A DNA stretch of 64,000 nucleotides from Flavipsychrobacter sp. (GCA_965218185.1 CBDCKE010000003.1:43935-107934), one strand, 5' to 3'. Numbered from the stretch's first letter, positions 9,023 through 18,816 are shown. The notes: generated from the sequence alone by a model not told the origin. A program made the numbers and translations.

Positions 9023-9322
9023 ATGATCGTTTACAACGTCACCATAAAACTGGAAGCAGGAATTGAAAAACAATGGCTGAAATGGATGAAAGAGGAGCAT
9101 ATTCCGGAATTGCTGAACACCGGTTTATTTGAAGATGCAAAACTTTGCCGGTTGCTGGAGCTGGAAGAAGAGGGGGAAACTTTTGTAGCGCAGTATTTCT
9201 GCAAAAACATGGAAGCTTATAAAACGTATCTGGAGCTGCACGCAACCTCCATGCGAGAAAAAGGGTTTGAGCGCTTCGGAAATAAATTCATTGCCTTCCG
9301 GACGCTTATGGAAGTGGTTTAG
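9023..9322 (+). CDS. DUF4286-family protein
   Basis: MIVYNVTIKLEAGIEKQWLKWMKEEHIPELL matches my recollection of DUF4286. I prefer the internal ATG 9023 to track start 8981, which overlaps rsgA. Confidence 0.6.
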   Translation: MIVYNVTIKLEAGIEKQWLKWMKEEHIPELLNTGLFEDAKLCRLLELEEEGETFVAQYFCKNMEAYKTYLELHATSMREKGFERFGNKFIAFRTLMEVV

Positions 9323-9436
9323 TTTTCTCTTTTTTCAGGACTGCTCTATATCTGAGCCATACTTTGGTTTTTAGGCGTTTAGCTAAACATGGATACAGGC
9401 AAGGGTTTCAGGCTGAAAAAAAATTTTAGAGCAAAC

Positions 9437-9466
9437 TTGCAAGAGAAAAAAAGGGGAGTATATTTG
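9437..9466 (+). promoter_or_regulatory. Putative promoter of hup (-33 TTG, -7 TATATTTG)
   Basis: TAnnTTTG box at 9459-9466 with a TTG 19 nt upstream, 44 nt before the hup ATG. Confidence 0.5.
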
Positions 9467-9509
9467 TTACAGTTCAAACTTTTTCTTTTACAAAAAAACA
9501 CGCACCGTC

Positions 9510-9791
9510 ATGAACAAAGCTGACCTGATCGATAAGATCTCCAAAGATTCAGGCATTACCAAAACACAAGCCAATGAAGCACTGGATTCATTTACCAACA
9601 CCGTTACCACTGCCCTCAAAAAAGGCGATCGCGTAACGCTGGTAGGGTTTGGTACCTTCTCCGTTTCTGAACGCGCCGCCCGCAACGGTCGCAATCCGCA
9701 AACCGGAGCCGTCATTAAAATCAAAGCCCGCAAGGTGCCAAAATTTAAAGCGGGAAAAGATTTTTCAACGCGTATTTCCGGTAAGAAATAA
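9510..9791 (+). CDS. hup: HU-family DNA-binding protein
   Basis: MNKADLIDKISKDSGITKTQANEALDSF...GFGTFSVSERAARNGRNPQTGAVIKIKARKVPKFKAGK is canonical HU. Confidence 0.95.
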   Translation: MNKADLIDKISKDSGITKTQANEALDSFTNTVTTALKKGDRVTLVGFGTFSVSERAARNGRNPQTGAVIKIKARKVPKFKAGKDFSTRISGKK

Positions 9792-9809
9792 GCCCATTTT
9801 TTTTACGAA

Positions 9810-9848
9810 AAAAGCAGGTTATCAATGTGACCTGCTTTTTCTATTTTT
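9810..9848 (+). terminator. Rho-independent terminator after hup
   Basis: Stem aagcaggt / acctgctt with a 10-nt loop, then tttttctattttt. Confidence 0.7.
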
Positions 9849-9849
9849 G
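9842..9849 (+). promoter_or_regulatory. -7 box TATTTTTG upstream of the THX-like gene
   Basis: Matches TAnnTTTG, 24 nt before ATG 9873. It overlaps the T-tail of the hup terminator. Confidence 0.4.
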
Positions 9850-9872
9850 CAAACTAAAAAATTTACAGCATT

Positions 9873-10304
9873 ATGGGTAGAGGTGATAAGCGCACCAAGC
9901 GCGGAAAAATTGCAATGGGCACTTTCGGACGTAGCCGTTTAGCAAGACCAACGAAAACCACCGCTTCTGTGGAAGAAACCGAAGCAAAAAAATCGGCCGC
10001 GAAAGAAACAAAAGCCGCAAAAGCAAAAGCGCCGAAAGAAAATGCTGAAGTAGCAGAAACAAAAAAAGCTACAAAAGCTCCGGCATCAGAATCAAAAGTA
10101 AAAACGGAGTCTAAAATGCCTACTGATTCTGCGGATACAAAAGAAGCCAAACCAAAAACGGAAGCAAAAGCTAAAGGCAAAGACAAAGAAGAAAAGGCAT
10201 CTGCTGATGAACCAAAAACTTCAAAGCCTAAAGCAGAAGCTAAAGAAACCAAGGCATCTGCCGAAGAAAAGACTTCTAAAAAAGAAGAGAGTAAAGACAA
10301 ATAG
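9873..10304 (+). CDS. 30S ribosomal protein THX homologue fused to a long Lys/Ala/Glu/Thr-rich tail
   Basis: The N-terminal MGRGDKRTKRGKIAMGTFGRSRLARPTK closely resembles Thermus THX ([26 protein letters not shown] as I recall it). The remaining ~115 aa are low-complexity, KAAKAKAPKE / KPKTEAKAKGKDKEEK. Confidence 0.7.
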   Translation: MGRGDKRTKRGKIAMGTFGRSRLARPTKTTASVEETEAKKSAAKETKAAKAKAPKENAEVAETKKATKAPASESKVKTESKMPTDSADTKEAKPKTEAKAKGKDKEEKASADEPKTSKPKAEAKETKASAEEKTSKKEESKDK

Positions 10305-10318
10305 TGCATCGCATTTTA

Positions 10319-10341
10319 AGCCGCCAACTGGCGGTTTTTTA
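10319..10341 (+). terminator. Rho-independent terminator after the THX-like gene
   Basis: Stem ccgcc, loop aact, stem ggcgg, followed by a T6 run. Confidence 0.65.
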
Positions 10342-10411
10342 TTGAGGCAAAAGATGCTGTTACAAGCTTATTATGTCAATCGTAGCCTTTCTTCTAATGG
10401 ATGCTTTCTTT

Positions 10412-10419
10412 TAAGTTTG
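10412..10419 (+). promoter_or_regulatory. -7 box TAAGTTTG upstream of the sugar dehydrogenase gene
   Basis: Matches TAnnTTTG. It lies inside the track ORF start (10401), which supports the downstream ATG at 10458. Confidence 0.4.
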
Positions 10420-10457
10420 CAGCCTTAAAATCACACCAAAAATTTTTACCCAAAACC

Positions 10458-11747
10458 ATGTACCAACAACTGTTGAATAAGGAGCAACAGCTTGCCGTAA
10501 TCGGATTAGGTTATGTAGGACTTCCCATTGCACTCGCGTTCGCCAAAAAAATAAAAGTCATTGGCTTTGATATAAATCCGCAACGCGTAGCCATGATGCG
10601 CGAAGGCAAAGATCCAAGCAACGAATTGGAAGCCGAAGCTTTTGCAGATTGCGATATTGAATTTACAAACGACCTGGAGGTGCTGAAAAAAGCACGCTTC
10701 TTTATTGTTGCAGTTCCCACGCCTGTTGATGAACACAACGTGCCGGATCTCACACCGGTTTTACGTGCTTCTGAAACATTGGGAAAGGTGGTGAAAAAAG
10801 GAGATTATGTGGTTTATGAATCCACCGTTTATCCCGGTTGTACAGAAGAAGATTGCCTTCCCGTAATTGAAGAAATTTCAGGACTAAAAGCAGGAGAAGA
10901 TTTTAAGTACGGTTATTCTCCTGAAAGAATTAATCCGGGTGATAAGGTGCACACGCTTCAGAATGTCGTGAAGGTGACTTCCGGAAGTGATGAAGAAGCT
11001 TCCCAAAACATTGGTGACGTTTATGAATTGGTAGTTACTGCCGGCGTGCATCGCGCATCCTCCGTGAAAGTGGCTGAAGCTGCAAAAATTATTGAAAACA
11101 CACAGCGCGATTTGAACATCGCTTTGATGAATGAGCTCTCCATAATTTTTGATAAAATGGGGATCAATACACATGAAGTGCTTGCCGCTGCCGGAACTAA
11201 ATGGAACTTCCTGCGATTTTATCCGGGTTTGGTTGGCGGGCATTGCATTGGCGTTGATCCTTATTATCTCACTTACAAAGCACACCAGTTAGGTTATCAA
11301 AGCCGCGTAATCCTTTCAGGGCGTGATATAAACGATGGCATGGCTGCGCATGTTGCCAAAAAACTGGTGATGGGGATGATAAAAAACAAAGTGAACATCA
11401 TCCAGGCAAAGGTTTTAGTGATGGGCGTAACGTTTAAGGAAAACGTGAGTGACATCCGCAATTCTAAAGTGGCTGACCTGATTAAAGAGCTTTGTGACTA
11501 CAATGTGAAAGTGCACATTATGGATCCTTATGCCGATAACGACGAACTAAAACACGAATACAATCTCGAATTGAAAAGCTATGCCGACAGTGATTATGAT
11601 GCGGTAATAATGGCCGTGAATCACGACGCTTACAATGATTTTGACGAGGCGTATTTTGAAAATATCATGAAGCCGGAAGCCATTTTGGTGGACATAAAAG
11701 GCAGTTACAGAAACAAGATTAGCAACCTAAAATACTGGAGTCTATAA
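10458..11747 (+). CDS. UDP-N-acetyl-D-hexosamine 6-dehydrogenase (TviB/WbpO-like nucleotide-sugar dehydrogenase)
   Basis: Rossmann motif AVIGLGYVGLP and catalytic GGHCIGVDPYYL, with length and layout typical of TviB-type enzymes. Starts at MYQQLLNKEQQLAVIG. Confidence 0.85.
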   Translation: MYQQLLNKEQQLAVIGLGYVGLPIALAFAKKIKVIGFDINPQRVAMMREGKDPSNELEAEAFADCDIEFTNDLEVLKKARFFIVAVPTPVDEHNVPDLTPVLRASETLGKVVKKGDYVVYESTVYPGCTEEDCLPVIEEISGLKAGEDFKYGYSPERINPGDKVHTLQNVVKVTSGSDEEASQNIGDVYELVVTAGVHRASSVKVAEAAKIIENTQRDLNIALMNELSIIFDKMGINTHEVLAAAGTKWNFLRFYPGLVGGHCIGVDPYYLTYKAHQLGYQSRVILSGRDINDGMAAHVAKKLVMGMIKNKVNIIQAKVLVMGVTFKENVSDIRNSKVADLIKELCDYNVKVHIMDPYADNDELKHEYNLELKSYADSDYDAVIMAVNHDAYNDFDEAYFENIMKPEAILVDIKGSYRNKISNLKYWSL

Positions 11748-12739
11748 TGCAGCAATTTCATGAAGGAAGCCTCAGCGGGAAACGCTTCTTAATCACTGGT
11801 GGTGCGGGTTTCATCGGTTCGCACATTGTAAGTTATCTGCTGAAAGCCGGAGCCGGAAAAGTGCGTGTTCTGGATAATTTTAGTACCGGCTTTAGAAAGA
11901 ATATTGAGCCATTTCTCTCCAATCCTGCTTTTGAATTGCTGGAAGGTGATATCCGCGATGTAGATGCCTGCAAGGCAGCTTGCGCAGGAATCAATTTTGT
12001 AAGTCATCAGGCAGCGTTAGGCTCCGTTCCTCGATCCGTAAAAGACCCGCAAACAAGCAACGACGTGAACGTGACCGGTTTTCTGAACATGCTGACAGCC
12101 GCCCGCGATGCGCAGGTAAAAACATTTGTGTACGCTTCCTCCTCCGCTGTTTATGGCGATGAACCTAACCTTCCAAAAGTGGAGCAGCGTGTAGGTAATC
12201 CGCTTTCACCCTACGCTGTCACCAAAAAAACAAACGAACTGTATGCCGATGTTTTTGCTTCGCTTTACGGAATGAAAATTTGCGGTTTCCGGTATTTTAA
12301 TGTGTTTGGTCCGCGCCAGGATCCTGATGGACCTTATGCGGCTGTTATTCCATTGTTTGTGAGCGGCATTTTAAACGACACACCGGTTTTCATAAATGGC
12401 GATGGAGGCCAAACGCGTGATTTTACGTTTGTGGATAATGCAGTGCAGGCAAACGTCCGCGGAATGCTTACAGAAAATGAAGCTGCTTTTGGGCAGGTTT
12501 ATAACATTGCCGTGGGTGAAAATTTTTCGGTTAATTTTTTGTACGAAGCCATTCGGGAAGATTTAGGAATGGAGCATCAACCAACTTACAGGGAACCCCG
12601 CGAAGGAGACATCCGCAATTCTCTGGCAGATATTTCAAGAGGACAAAATCTCTTAGGGTATGCGCCCACACATCGTTTCAGCGAAGGCTTGAAAGAAACG
12701 GTTGCCTTCTTTAAAGAAAAATACAGCACAAAGGTTTAA
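11747..12739 (+). CDS. NAD-dependent UDP-sugar 4-epimerase (TviC/WbpP-like SDR)
   Basis: GGAGFIGSH, SSSAVYGD and YAVTKKTNE (YxxxK) motifs. Its start overlaps the upstream stop (TAATG). Confidence 0.88.
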   Translation: MQQFHEGSLSGKRFLITGGAGFIGSHIVSYLLKAGAGKVRVLDNFSTGFRKNIEPFLSNPAFELLEGDIRDVDACKAACAGINFVSHQAALGSVPRSVKDPQTSNDVNVTGFLNMLTAARDAQVKTFVYASSSAVYGDEPNLPKVEQRVGNPLSPYAVTKKTNELYADVFASLYGMKICGFRYFNVFGPRQDPDGPYAAVIPLFVSGILNDTPVFINGDGGQTRDFTFVDNAVQANVRGMLTENEAAFGQVYNIAVGENFSVNFLYEAIREDLGMEHQPTYREPREGDIRNSLADISRGQNLLGYAPTHRFSEGLKETVAFFKEKYSTKV

Positions 12740-12745
12740 GCAAGT

Positions 12746-13918
12746 TTATTGCACCTGCACTATCAGAAACTTCAGGTATTCTGTGTTCGGCACATTCCAT
12801 AAAATAGGATGATCCGAAGCCTGCGTTCGCCAGGTTACCTGCCTCAGTTTCCTCTTTGCATCCTTCGCAGCAAGCGCAATAGTTTTAAGAAATAATTCGG
12901 GCGCTACAAGGTTTGTGCAGGAAGCCGTCACCAGAAAACCGCCCGGCTTCACAAGGTGCATTCCACGAAGATTTATCTCTTTATACCCCGTTAGTGCCTT
13001 CTGAATATTTTCTCTGCTTTTAGTGAATGCAGGAGGGTCAAGAATTACAACGTCATACCTCCTACCTTCTTTTACCCACTTTTTTAAAACGTCGAAAGCA
13101 TTTACAGTCTCAAAACTGCAAACCGCTGAAAAGCCATTCAATGCTGCGTTTCGGCGAGATGTTTCCACTGCGGCTTCTGAAATATCCAGTCCGAGGGTTG
13201 ATTTTGCGCCATACTTTGCGGCGTTCAATGAAAAAGTTCCGGTGTAGCAAAATGCTTCCAGCACGTCGGCATTTTTAGAGATGTGCTGAATGGCGCGGCG
13301 GTTATCCTGCTGGTCTAAAAAGTAGCCTGTCTTTTGTCCGTTTTCGATGTCCACATGAAACTGCAAACCATTTTCATTGATTAGAATGTTGGTGTCAAAA
13401 GGCGCGGATAGAAAACCTTTTTGCTGCACCATTCCCTCCAGTTCCCGCACCGGCACATCGTTTCGTTCATAAATGCCTTTAGGAGAAAATGTTTTTTGCA
13501 GCGCCTCCACAATTGCACCTTTCCATTTTTCAATGCCGAGCGCCAGCGTCTGGATCACAAAATAATCGTTGAACTTATCGATGATGAGCGCAGATAGTCC
13601 ATCCGCTTCTCCAAAAATCAGCCTGCAATTTTCAACGTAGCCAATTTGCTGCCGGTATGCCCAGGCTTCTTTTATTTTTTTGAGAAAGAATTCAGGATTA
13701 ATCTCTTCTGCTTTTTCCCGTGTTAGCAGCCTGATGCGGATTTGAGAAGCCTCATTGAAATATCCTTTGCCTATAAAAGAACCGTTTGAAGAATAAACTT
13801 CCACGATTTCTCCGGCTGCCGGGTTCCCATCCTGATCACCAATTTCGTTGGCAAAAATCCAGGGATGTCCAATCAGAATACGGTCTCCGATTTTTTTGCG
13901 CAGAAAAAATTTAGCCAT
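12746..13918 (-). CDS. Class I SAM-dependent rRNA methyltransferase (RlmI-like, PUA + MTase)
   Basis: N-terminal PUA-like GHPWIFANEI, FLDQQDNRR, and a C-terminal MTase with VILDPPAF. Confidence 0.85.
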   Translation of the reverse strand: MAKFFLRKKIGDRILIGHPWIFANEIGDQDGNPAAGEIVEVYSSNGSFIGKGYFNEASQIRIRLLTREKAEEINPEFFLKKIKEAWAYRQQIGYVENCRLIFGEADGLSALIIDKFNDYFVIQTLALGIEKWKGAIVEALQKTFSPKGIYERNDVPVRELEGMVQQKGFLSAPFDTNILINENGLQFHVDIENGQKTGYFLDQQDNRRAIQHISKNADVLEAFCYTGTFSLNAAKYGAKSTLGLDISEAAVETSRRNAALNGFSAVCSFETVNAFDVLKKWVKEGRRYDVVILDPPAFTKSRENIQKALTGYKEINLRGMHLVKPGGFLVTASCTNLVAPELFLKTIALAAKDAKRKLRQVTWRTQASDHPILWNVPNTEYLKFLIVQVQ

Positions 13919-13997
13919 TCCGCAAAAGTAGCTTCACGCGAATGGAATCGGTAAGCCATTCCCTTCTTTGCCTAAATTCGCGACTCCCACTATTCCT

Positions 13998-15662
13998 ATG
14001 CTTCAAAAGCTGCTAATCACAAACTATGCAATTATTGACCATCTTGCCCTTGAACCGGACGCAATGCTCAATACCATTACCGGTGAAACAGGTGCAGGTA
14101 AGAGCATCATTGTTGGCGCTTTGTCGCTGATTTTGGGCGCCCGTGCTGATACTTCGGTGCTTATCGACAAAACAAAAAAGAGCATTGTGGAAGCCCATTT
14201 TGGCATTGTTCAAAACGATGCGTTTAAAATTGCTTTGCGCGAAGAAGAACTGGATGAAGAGGAAGGTGAAACCTGCATCATCAGACGTGAAATTGCAGTG
14301 AGCGGTAAGAGCCGTGCTTTTATAAATGATACGCCCGTTACGCTTCCCGTTTTAAACAAACTCACTTCTCTGTTAGTGGATTTGCAGGAGCAGTTCGGCC
14401 ATTTATCTTTTGAAGATGATCAGTTTCAGATGGATGTGCTGGACGCAATTGCGGGCACATCTGAAAAGCGAACAGCGTATGAAACAACGTACAAACAATG
14501 GCGTGAAACTACGCAGCAAGTGAAGCGACTAATAGACGAACAAATGCAGTTGCAAAAGGAGGCAGATTACAAAGCATTTCTGCTGGAAGAATTGCAAACC
14601 CTTTCGCTTCAGGAAAATGAAATTGAAAACACAACCCTGCAATTAAAACAAGCCGGTAATGCCGAAAAGATTTTGCAGGCGCTCACTGCTTCATCTGCCT
14701 TTTTGGAAACCGGAGAGCAACCCATGATTATTGAATTGCGCCGGATAATGCAACAACTTTCTTCCATTGCCGAAACGCTTCCTGAAGTGACTTTTTTAAA
14801 CGAACGGCTTCAATCAGTGTATGCAGAATTGCAGGACATTTCATCCGAACTGCAAACGCTGGAAGGCAATGTGAGCCTCGATCCTGAGCGAATGCAAATC
14901 TTACAGGAACGGTTTGATGCCGGTTATAAACTCCTAAAAAAACACAACGTAAACACAACTGCCGAGTTGCTTGAACTGCAGGCTTCTTTAGAAAGCGAAT
15001 TACAAACCTCTGACCAGTTATCAAAACAAATTGAAGCAGTAAGCGAACAACTTGCCGCGCAGGAAAAGGAGCTTATTAATACAGCGTTGCTGCTTTCTGA
15101 AAAAAGAAAAATTGCTGCGCCGGGTTTTGCTGCACGCATTAATGAGCTCCTGAAACTAGTAGGTATGCCAAATGCCATCATCCGCATTGAAATGGAACGT
15201 TTACCGAAGCCCGCACCTGTGGGAATGGATGCCGTTTTCTTTTTGCTGGACGCCAATAAAAGCGGGCATTTTCAGCCGGTGAGTAAAGCCGCATCGGGTG
15301 GCGAAATGTCGCGGATAATGCTTTGCATTAAAAGCCTGACCGCGAAAGCGATGCATTTACCAACGCTCATTTTTGATGAAGTGGATACCGGAATTTCAGG
15401 GGAAGCAGCGAAGCAGGTGGGGATTTTATTAAGACAGCTTGCAGAAGCCCATCAGCTCATTTGCATCACCCACCAACCGCAGGTAGCAGCGCGGGGCACG
15501 CGTCATTTTTTGGTTTATAAAGACGCCACGGCAACGGATAGAATCACTACAAAAATTCGCCCATTGCAACCGGAGGAACGCGTGATGAGCATTGCCAGAA
15601 TGATTGGCGGCACGGAGCCCGGTGCGGCCGCCATACAACATGCGCAGGAATTGGTGCAATAA
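13998..15662 (+). CDS. recN: DNA repair protein RecN
   Basis: MLQKLLITNYAIIDHL, Walker A GETGAGKSI, a long coiled-coil middle, signature SGGEMSRIML and Walker B LIFDEVDTGISG. Confidence 0.93.
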   Translation: MLQKLLITNYAIIDHLALEPDAMLNTITGETGAGKSIIVGALSLILGARADTSVLIDKTKKSIVEAHFGIVQNDAFKIALREEELDEEEGETCIIRREIAVSGKSRAFINDTPVTLPVLNKLTSLLVDLQEQFGHLSFEDDQFQMDVLDAIAGTSEKRTAYETTYKQWRETTQQVKRLIDEQMQLQKEADYKAFLLEELQTLSLQENEIENTTLQLKQAGNAEKILQALTASSAFLETGEQPMIIELRRIMQQLSSIAETLPEVTFLNERLQSVYAELQDISSELQTLEGNVSLDPERMQILQERFDAGYKLLKKHNVNTTAELLELQASLESELQTSDQLSKQIEAVSEQLAAQEKELINTALLLSEKRKIAAPGFAARINELLKLVGMPNAIIRIEMERLPKPAPVGMDAVFFLLDANKSGHFQPVSKAASGGEMSRIMLCIKSLTAKAMHLPTLIFDEVDTGISGEAAKQVGILLRQLAEAHQLICITHQPQVAARGTRHFLVYKDATATDRITTKIRPLQPEERVMSIARMIGGTEPGAAAIQHAQELVQ

Positions 15663-15751
15663 TTTTCAAATTTTTTTCAGAAAAATCGTTTCACTACGAG
15701 CATTTAAGGAAGCGAACTGATTCTTAATTTCCAGAATGTTCGAGATGTCAA

Positions 15752-17083
15752 TTATTCCCGTTCAAAAACAAAACTCCCACCGCCTTGCTTCAGCGTAAAT
15801 GACCCTGCTTTTTGTTGGTTAAATTTCATTTCAATCCCCGCTGCATCAAACCGGAAAGTGCTGTCGTCAGTAGCGTCTAGCGGGAAAGCGCCTTGTCCCG
15901 TTGCCTGCGCCATCAGCGTTCCGTTCTCTTCCCACACTTTTATTTTTAGCGGCAATGTTTTAGAAGCATAATTGCCTGCATAACTTTTCAAAATCGCAAC
16001 ATCCACGTCCACCGTTTCAAACGTCGGAAGCATATAAGGCTGGTCGAAAGCAATGCTTAGCACGCCGATAATGATGTCGTTCAGTTCATAGTTCAAACCA
16101 TTGCCCGTGTATGCCATAGCAAGGCTGTCATCAGGAAAATACAGCAGCATAGAATTGAAGCCGTCAATCCCGCCCGTATGTCCATAGCCCCATTTCTTTC
16201 CAAACGGCAAGCGAAACATACCCGCCCCATAGCCGTCTTCAATGTTCATCATCTCGTCAAGGTGGTTTTTAGAAATCAGCTTTCCTGCAAACAGCGCTTC
16301 AATAAACTTTGTAAGGTCCTGCGTGGTTGAAACCACAGCGCCCGCACCGCCCGGCACACTCATGTCCGTTTCCGGTTGCTTCACCCATTGCTTCCCTGCA
16401 AATTCAAACGATGCCGCTTCATTTTTCGATGCGCTTATGGGCGTGCCATAATAAGTTTCGGTGAGGCCTGTTTTCTGCGCAATCATTTTCTGCAAAGCCT
16501 GCGCATAAGTTTGTTTGGTAAGGTCTTCAATGATGTAACCTAACAACACAAAATTGGAGTTGCTGTATTCCCCTTTTTCTCCGGGCTGAAACTCCGGTTT
16601 TGAAGAATTTATTTTTTCGAGCAATGCCGCTCTGGTGTGGGGTTTCGTGTTGTAGTCAAGGTAATCCGCATCGTCTGTAAAACTGTGTAATCCGCTGTGG
16701 TGATGCAGCATTTGCGCGATGGTTATTTTTTCGGCATTCGGCACCTTCGGAAAAAACGTTGCAAGCGGCGTCGTAAGGCTTAGTTTGTTGGATTCAATAA
16801 GCTGAAAAATCATCACCGCCGTAAACATTTTGGAGATGGAGCCAATGCGATATTTGGTATGCACATCAGCCGGCAATTTCTTTTCCCCTTCAATGCTTTT
16901 GTAGCCCCATGCTTTTTGGTAAACCGGCTTGCCCTTTTTGCTGAGCGTCAGTTGCCCCATCGCTTTTTTGTTAGCATCCACAGCGGCAATCAGACTGTCC
17001 ATTTTCTTCGTGTTGAAATTGTTTTGCGCCAAAGAGGAAATGGAAAAAAGCAGGCAAAGCAGCACAGTAAAAAGTTGTTTCAT
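15752..17083 (-). CDS. Serine hydrolase, beta-lactamase/PBP4-like family (secreted)
   Basis: Signal peptide MKQLFTVLLCLLFSISSLAQ (ATG at 17083), catalytic SISKMF (SxxK) and YSNSNF (YxN). Confidence 0.85.
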   Translation of the reverse strand: MKQLFTVLLCLLFSISSLAQNNFNTKKMDSLIAAVDANKKAMGQLTLSKKGKPVYQKAWGYKSIEGEKKLPADVHTKYRIGSISKMFTAVMIFQLIESNKLSLTTPLATFFPKVPNAEKITIAQMLHHHSGLHSFTDDADYLDYNTKPHTRAALLEKINSSKPEFQPGEKGEYSNSNFVLLGYIIEDLTKQTYAQALQKMIAQKTGLTETYYGTPISASKNEAASFEFAGKQWVKQPETDMSVPGGAGAVVSTTQDLTKFIEALFAGKLISKNHLDEMMNIEDGYGAGMFRLPFGKKWGYGHTGGIDGFNSMLLYFPDDSLAMAYTGNGLNYELNDIIIGVLSIAFDQPYMLPTFETVDVDVAILKSYAGNYASKTLPLKIKVWEENGTLMAQATGQGAFPLDATDDSTFRFDAAGIEMKFNQQKAGSFTLKQGGGSFVFERE

Positions 17084-17247
17084 TGTTTGATTTTTTAGTA
17101 AAAGCGAAAGTAGTTTTTTGGTAAAAGGTTTTGTTTGAAAGAATGCCGTTGCAAAAGAAGAACGCAACAATCTTCTGAATTTTCCGTCCGCGTTTCGTTA
17201 GCTACAAAGCCCTGAAAGGGCGACATCTCAAAGCGATGGGTGCAGCC

Positions 17248-17330
17248 CTTCGGTTCTTCAATTGGTGTCAGTTCTCTTCGGTTCTTCAATTCGTTTCAAT
17301 TCCCTTGCTTCTTCTCTTCGTTTCAATTCG
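17248..17330. repeat. Short direct repeats in an intergenic region
   Basis: cttcggttcttcaatt occurs identically at 17248-17263 and 17276-17291. The related cgtttcaattc occurs at 17292-17302 and 17319-17329. Confidence 0.7.
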
Positions 17331-17334
17331 GATT

Positions 17335-18321
17335 TTAATTAAGCCCGCAAAGAAATTCCATCGTATCCACCCCATCAGCATAATCAGTTAATGCAGGCTG
17401 CTGCGCCTCGCCAAAAGGCACAAATCCTTCCCCGATTATCGCCTGTATATCTTCACTTTTCTGAAGCGCATCTTCCAACGATTTCCGGTGTTCATAATAC
17501 CGGTAATGCAACACACCCACGGCTGAAAACGGCAACTTATTTTCTACCAGCAGCAAACTTTCATTGGTCAGGTAGGGCACTCTGTTCAGCAAAAAAATGG
17601 CGAGGTGGTAGTCATAATTGTTCTTGTATTTATGGTGATGGATGAAGCTTTCATAAGCCTTGCAGGCATCCAGCAGCGGCGTAAAATCATACCCTTCCGG
17701 CACGCACACCTGCGTCACATTCCGGCAGCCCAATCCGTAATAAGTAAAAATGTCGCGCGCCAGGTTTTGTAAATCCGCTTCTGTTTCAGAACCGTCAAGA
17801 ATGGCTACAGACGTGCGGTTGCGCCGGATGATGTGCGGATACTTGCCAAAGTATTGCTCAAAATACCGCGAAGTATTGTTGCTGCCTGTTGCTATGTAAG
17901 CGTCACATCCTTTCAGGTTTTCGGCAAACACAATTTTCTCTGTAAGTGCAGGTTCCCATTCCATCAGTTTCTCCGAAAAATGTTTAATCAGCACCGCATC
18001 TTTTGTGGATAGTTTGATGTGCATTTTGTGTCCGCTTGCCACCCCGCAAAGCCAGTCGTGAAAGCCTACCATGGGTATGTTTCCCGCCATCACAATGCCC
18101 ACGGTTTTTTTCTTTTCGGGGAGATGATAAGGTTGCAACCAGGCTTCCAGTTTTTCTTTTTTCAGCAATACAGCATTATAGGTTAGCGCGGTTTCAATCT
18201 GCTCCATCGTAAACCATGGGTTTGAAAGCATCGCGCGTTCTTTTGCCTCTTCAAGCGCATCATCTTTGCTTTCTAAATAATCACCCAACCTTGTCAGTAA
18301 TTCAATTCGTTCTTGCATCAT
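17335..18321 (-). CDS. Acyl-CoA reductase (LuxC-like) family protein
   Basis: Overall similarity to the Bacteroidota LuxC-like 'acyl transferase/acyl-CoA reductase' family (GNIPMVGFHD, YGLGCRNV). Assigned from memory of the family. Confidence 0.6.
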   Translation of the reverse strand: MMQERIELLTRLGDYLESKDDALEEAKERAMLSNPWFTMEQIETALTYNAVLLKKEKLEAWLQPYHLPEKKKTVGIVMAGNIPMVGFHDWLCGVASGHKMHIKLSTKDAVLIKHFSEKLMEWEPALTEKIVFAENLKGCDAYIATGSNNTSRYFEQYFGKYPHIIRRNRTSVAILDGSETEADLQNLARDIFTYYGLGCRNVTQVCVPEGYDFTPLLDACKAYESFIHHHKYKNNYDYHLAIFLLNRVPYLTNESLLLVENKLPFSAVGVLHYRYYEHRKSLEDALQKSEDIQAIIGEGFVPFGEAQQPALTDYADGVDTMEFLCGLN

Positions 18322-18354
18322 TCCAAACCGTTTAAAATTCTGTCTGCGAAATTG

Positions 18355-18362
18355 TAACTTTG
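18355..18362 (+). promoter_or_regulatory. -7 box TAACTTTG upstream of the ferredoxin gene
   Basis: Matches TAnnTTTG, 29 nt before ATG 18391. Confidence 0.4.
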
Positions 18363-18390
18363 GCGGCGTTTAACCACAACAAAATTCTGT

Positions 18391-18738
18391 ATGGCAATTA
18401 AGATAACCGATGAATGCATAAACTGCGGCGCCTGCGAACCCGAATGCCCTAACAATGCCATTTATGAAGGCGGCGTTGAGTGGGCAATTACTGATGGAAC
18501 TTCCGTGAAAGGCAGCTTCACTTTAATGAACGGTTCCCAAACCGACGCTAATGAAAAGCATGAACCCCGCGCGGTGGATGTGTATTACATCACCCCTGAA
18601 AAATGCACCGAATGCCAGGGTTTTCACGAAGAGCCGCAATGCGCTGCTGTTTGTCCGGTGGATTGCTGCGTGCCGGATGAAATGTATCGCGAAACGGTGG
18701 ATGAACTTTTAGAGAAAAAGGAAAAACTCCACCTTTAA
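18391..18738 (+). CDS. 4Fe-4S dicluster ferredoxin
   Basis: [12 protein letters not shown] and [18 protein letters not shown] cysteine clusters. Confidence 0.92.
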   Translation: MAIKITDECINCGACEPECPNNAIYEGGVEWAITDGTSVKGSFTLMNGSQTDANEKHEPRAVDVYYITPEKCTECQGFHEEPQCAAVCPVDCCVPDEMYRETVDELLEKKEKLHL

Positions 18739-18762
18739 TTCTTTCTTTTTAAGCAATAAAAA

Positions 18763-18801
18763 AGCGACGCTGCAAAATCATTGCAGCGTCGCTTTTATTT
18801 T
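18763..18801. terminator. Bidirectional intrinsic terminator between convergent genes
   Basis: Perfect 12-bp stem gcgacgctgcaa / ttgcagcgtcgc with a 5-nt loop, flanked by an A-run on the left and a T-run on the right. Confidence 0.85.
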
Positions 18802-18816
18802 AACCGGCTCCTCAAT

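Noticed and set aside
9863-10309. 148-aa minus-strand ORF antisense to the THX-like gene.
   Set aside because: It is a low-complexity mirror (SA/F-rich) of the Lys/Ala/Glu-coding strand. The plus strand has the THX motif, a promoter box and a terminator.
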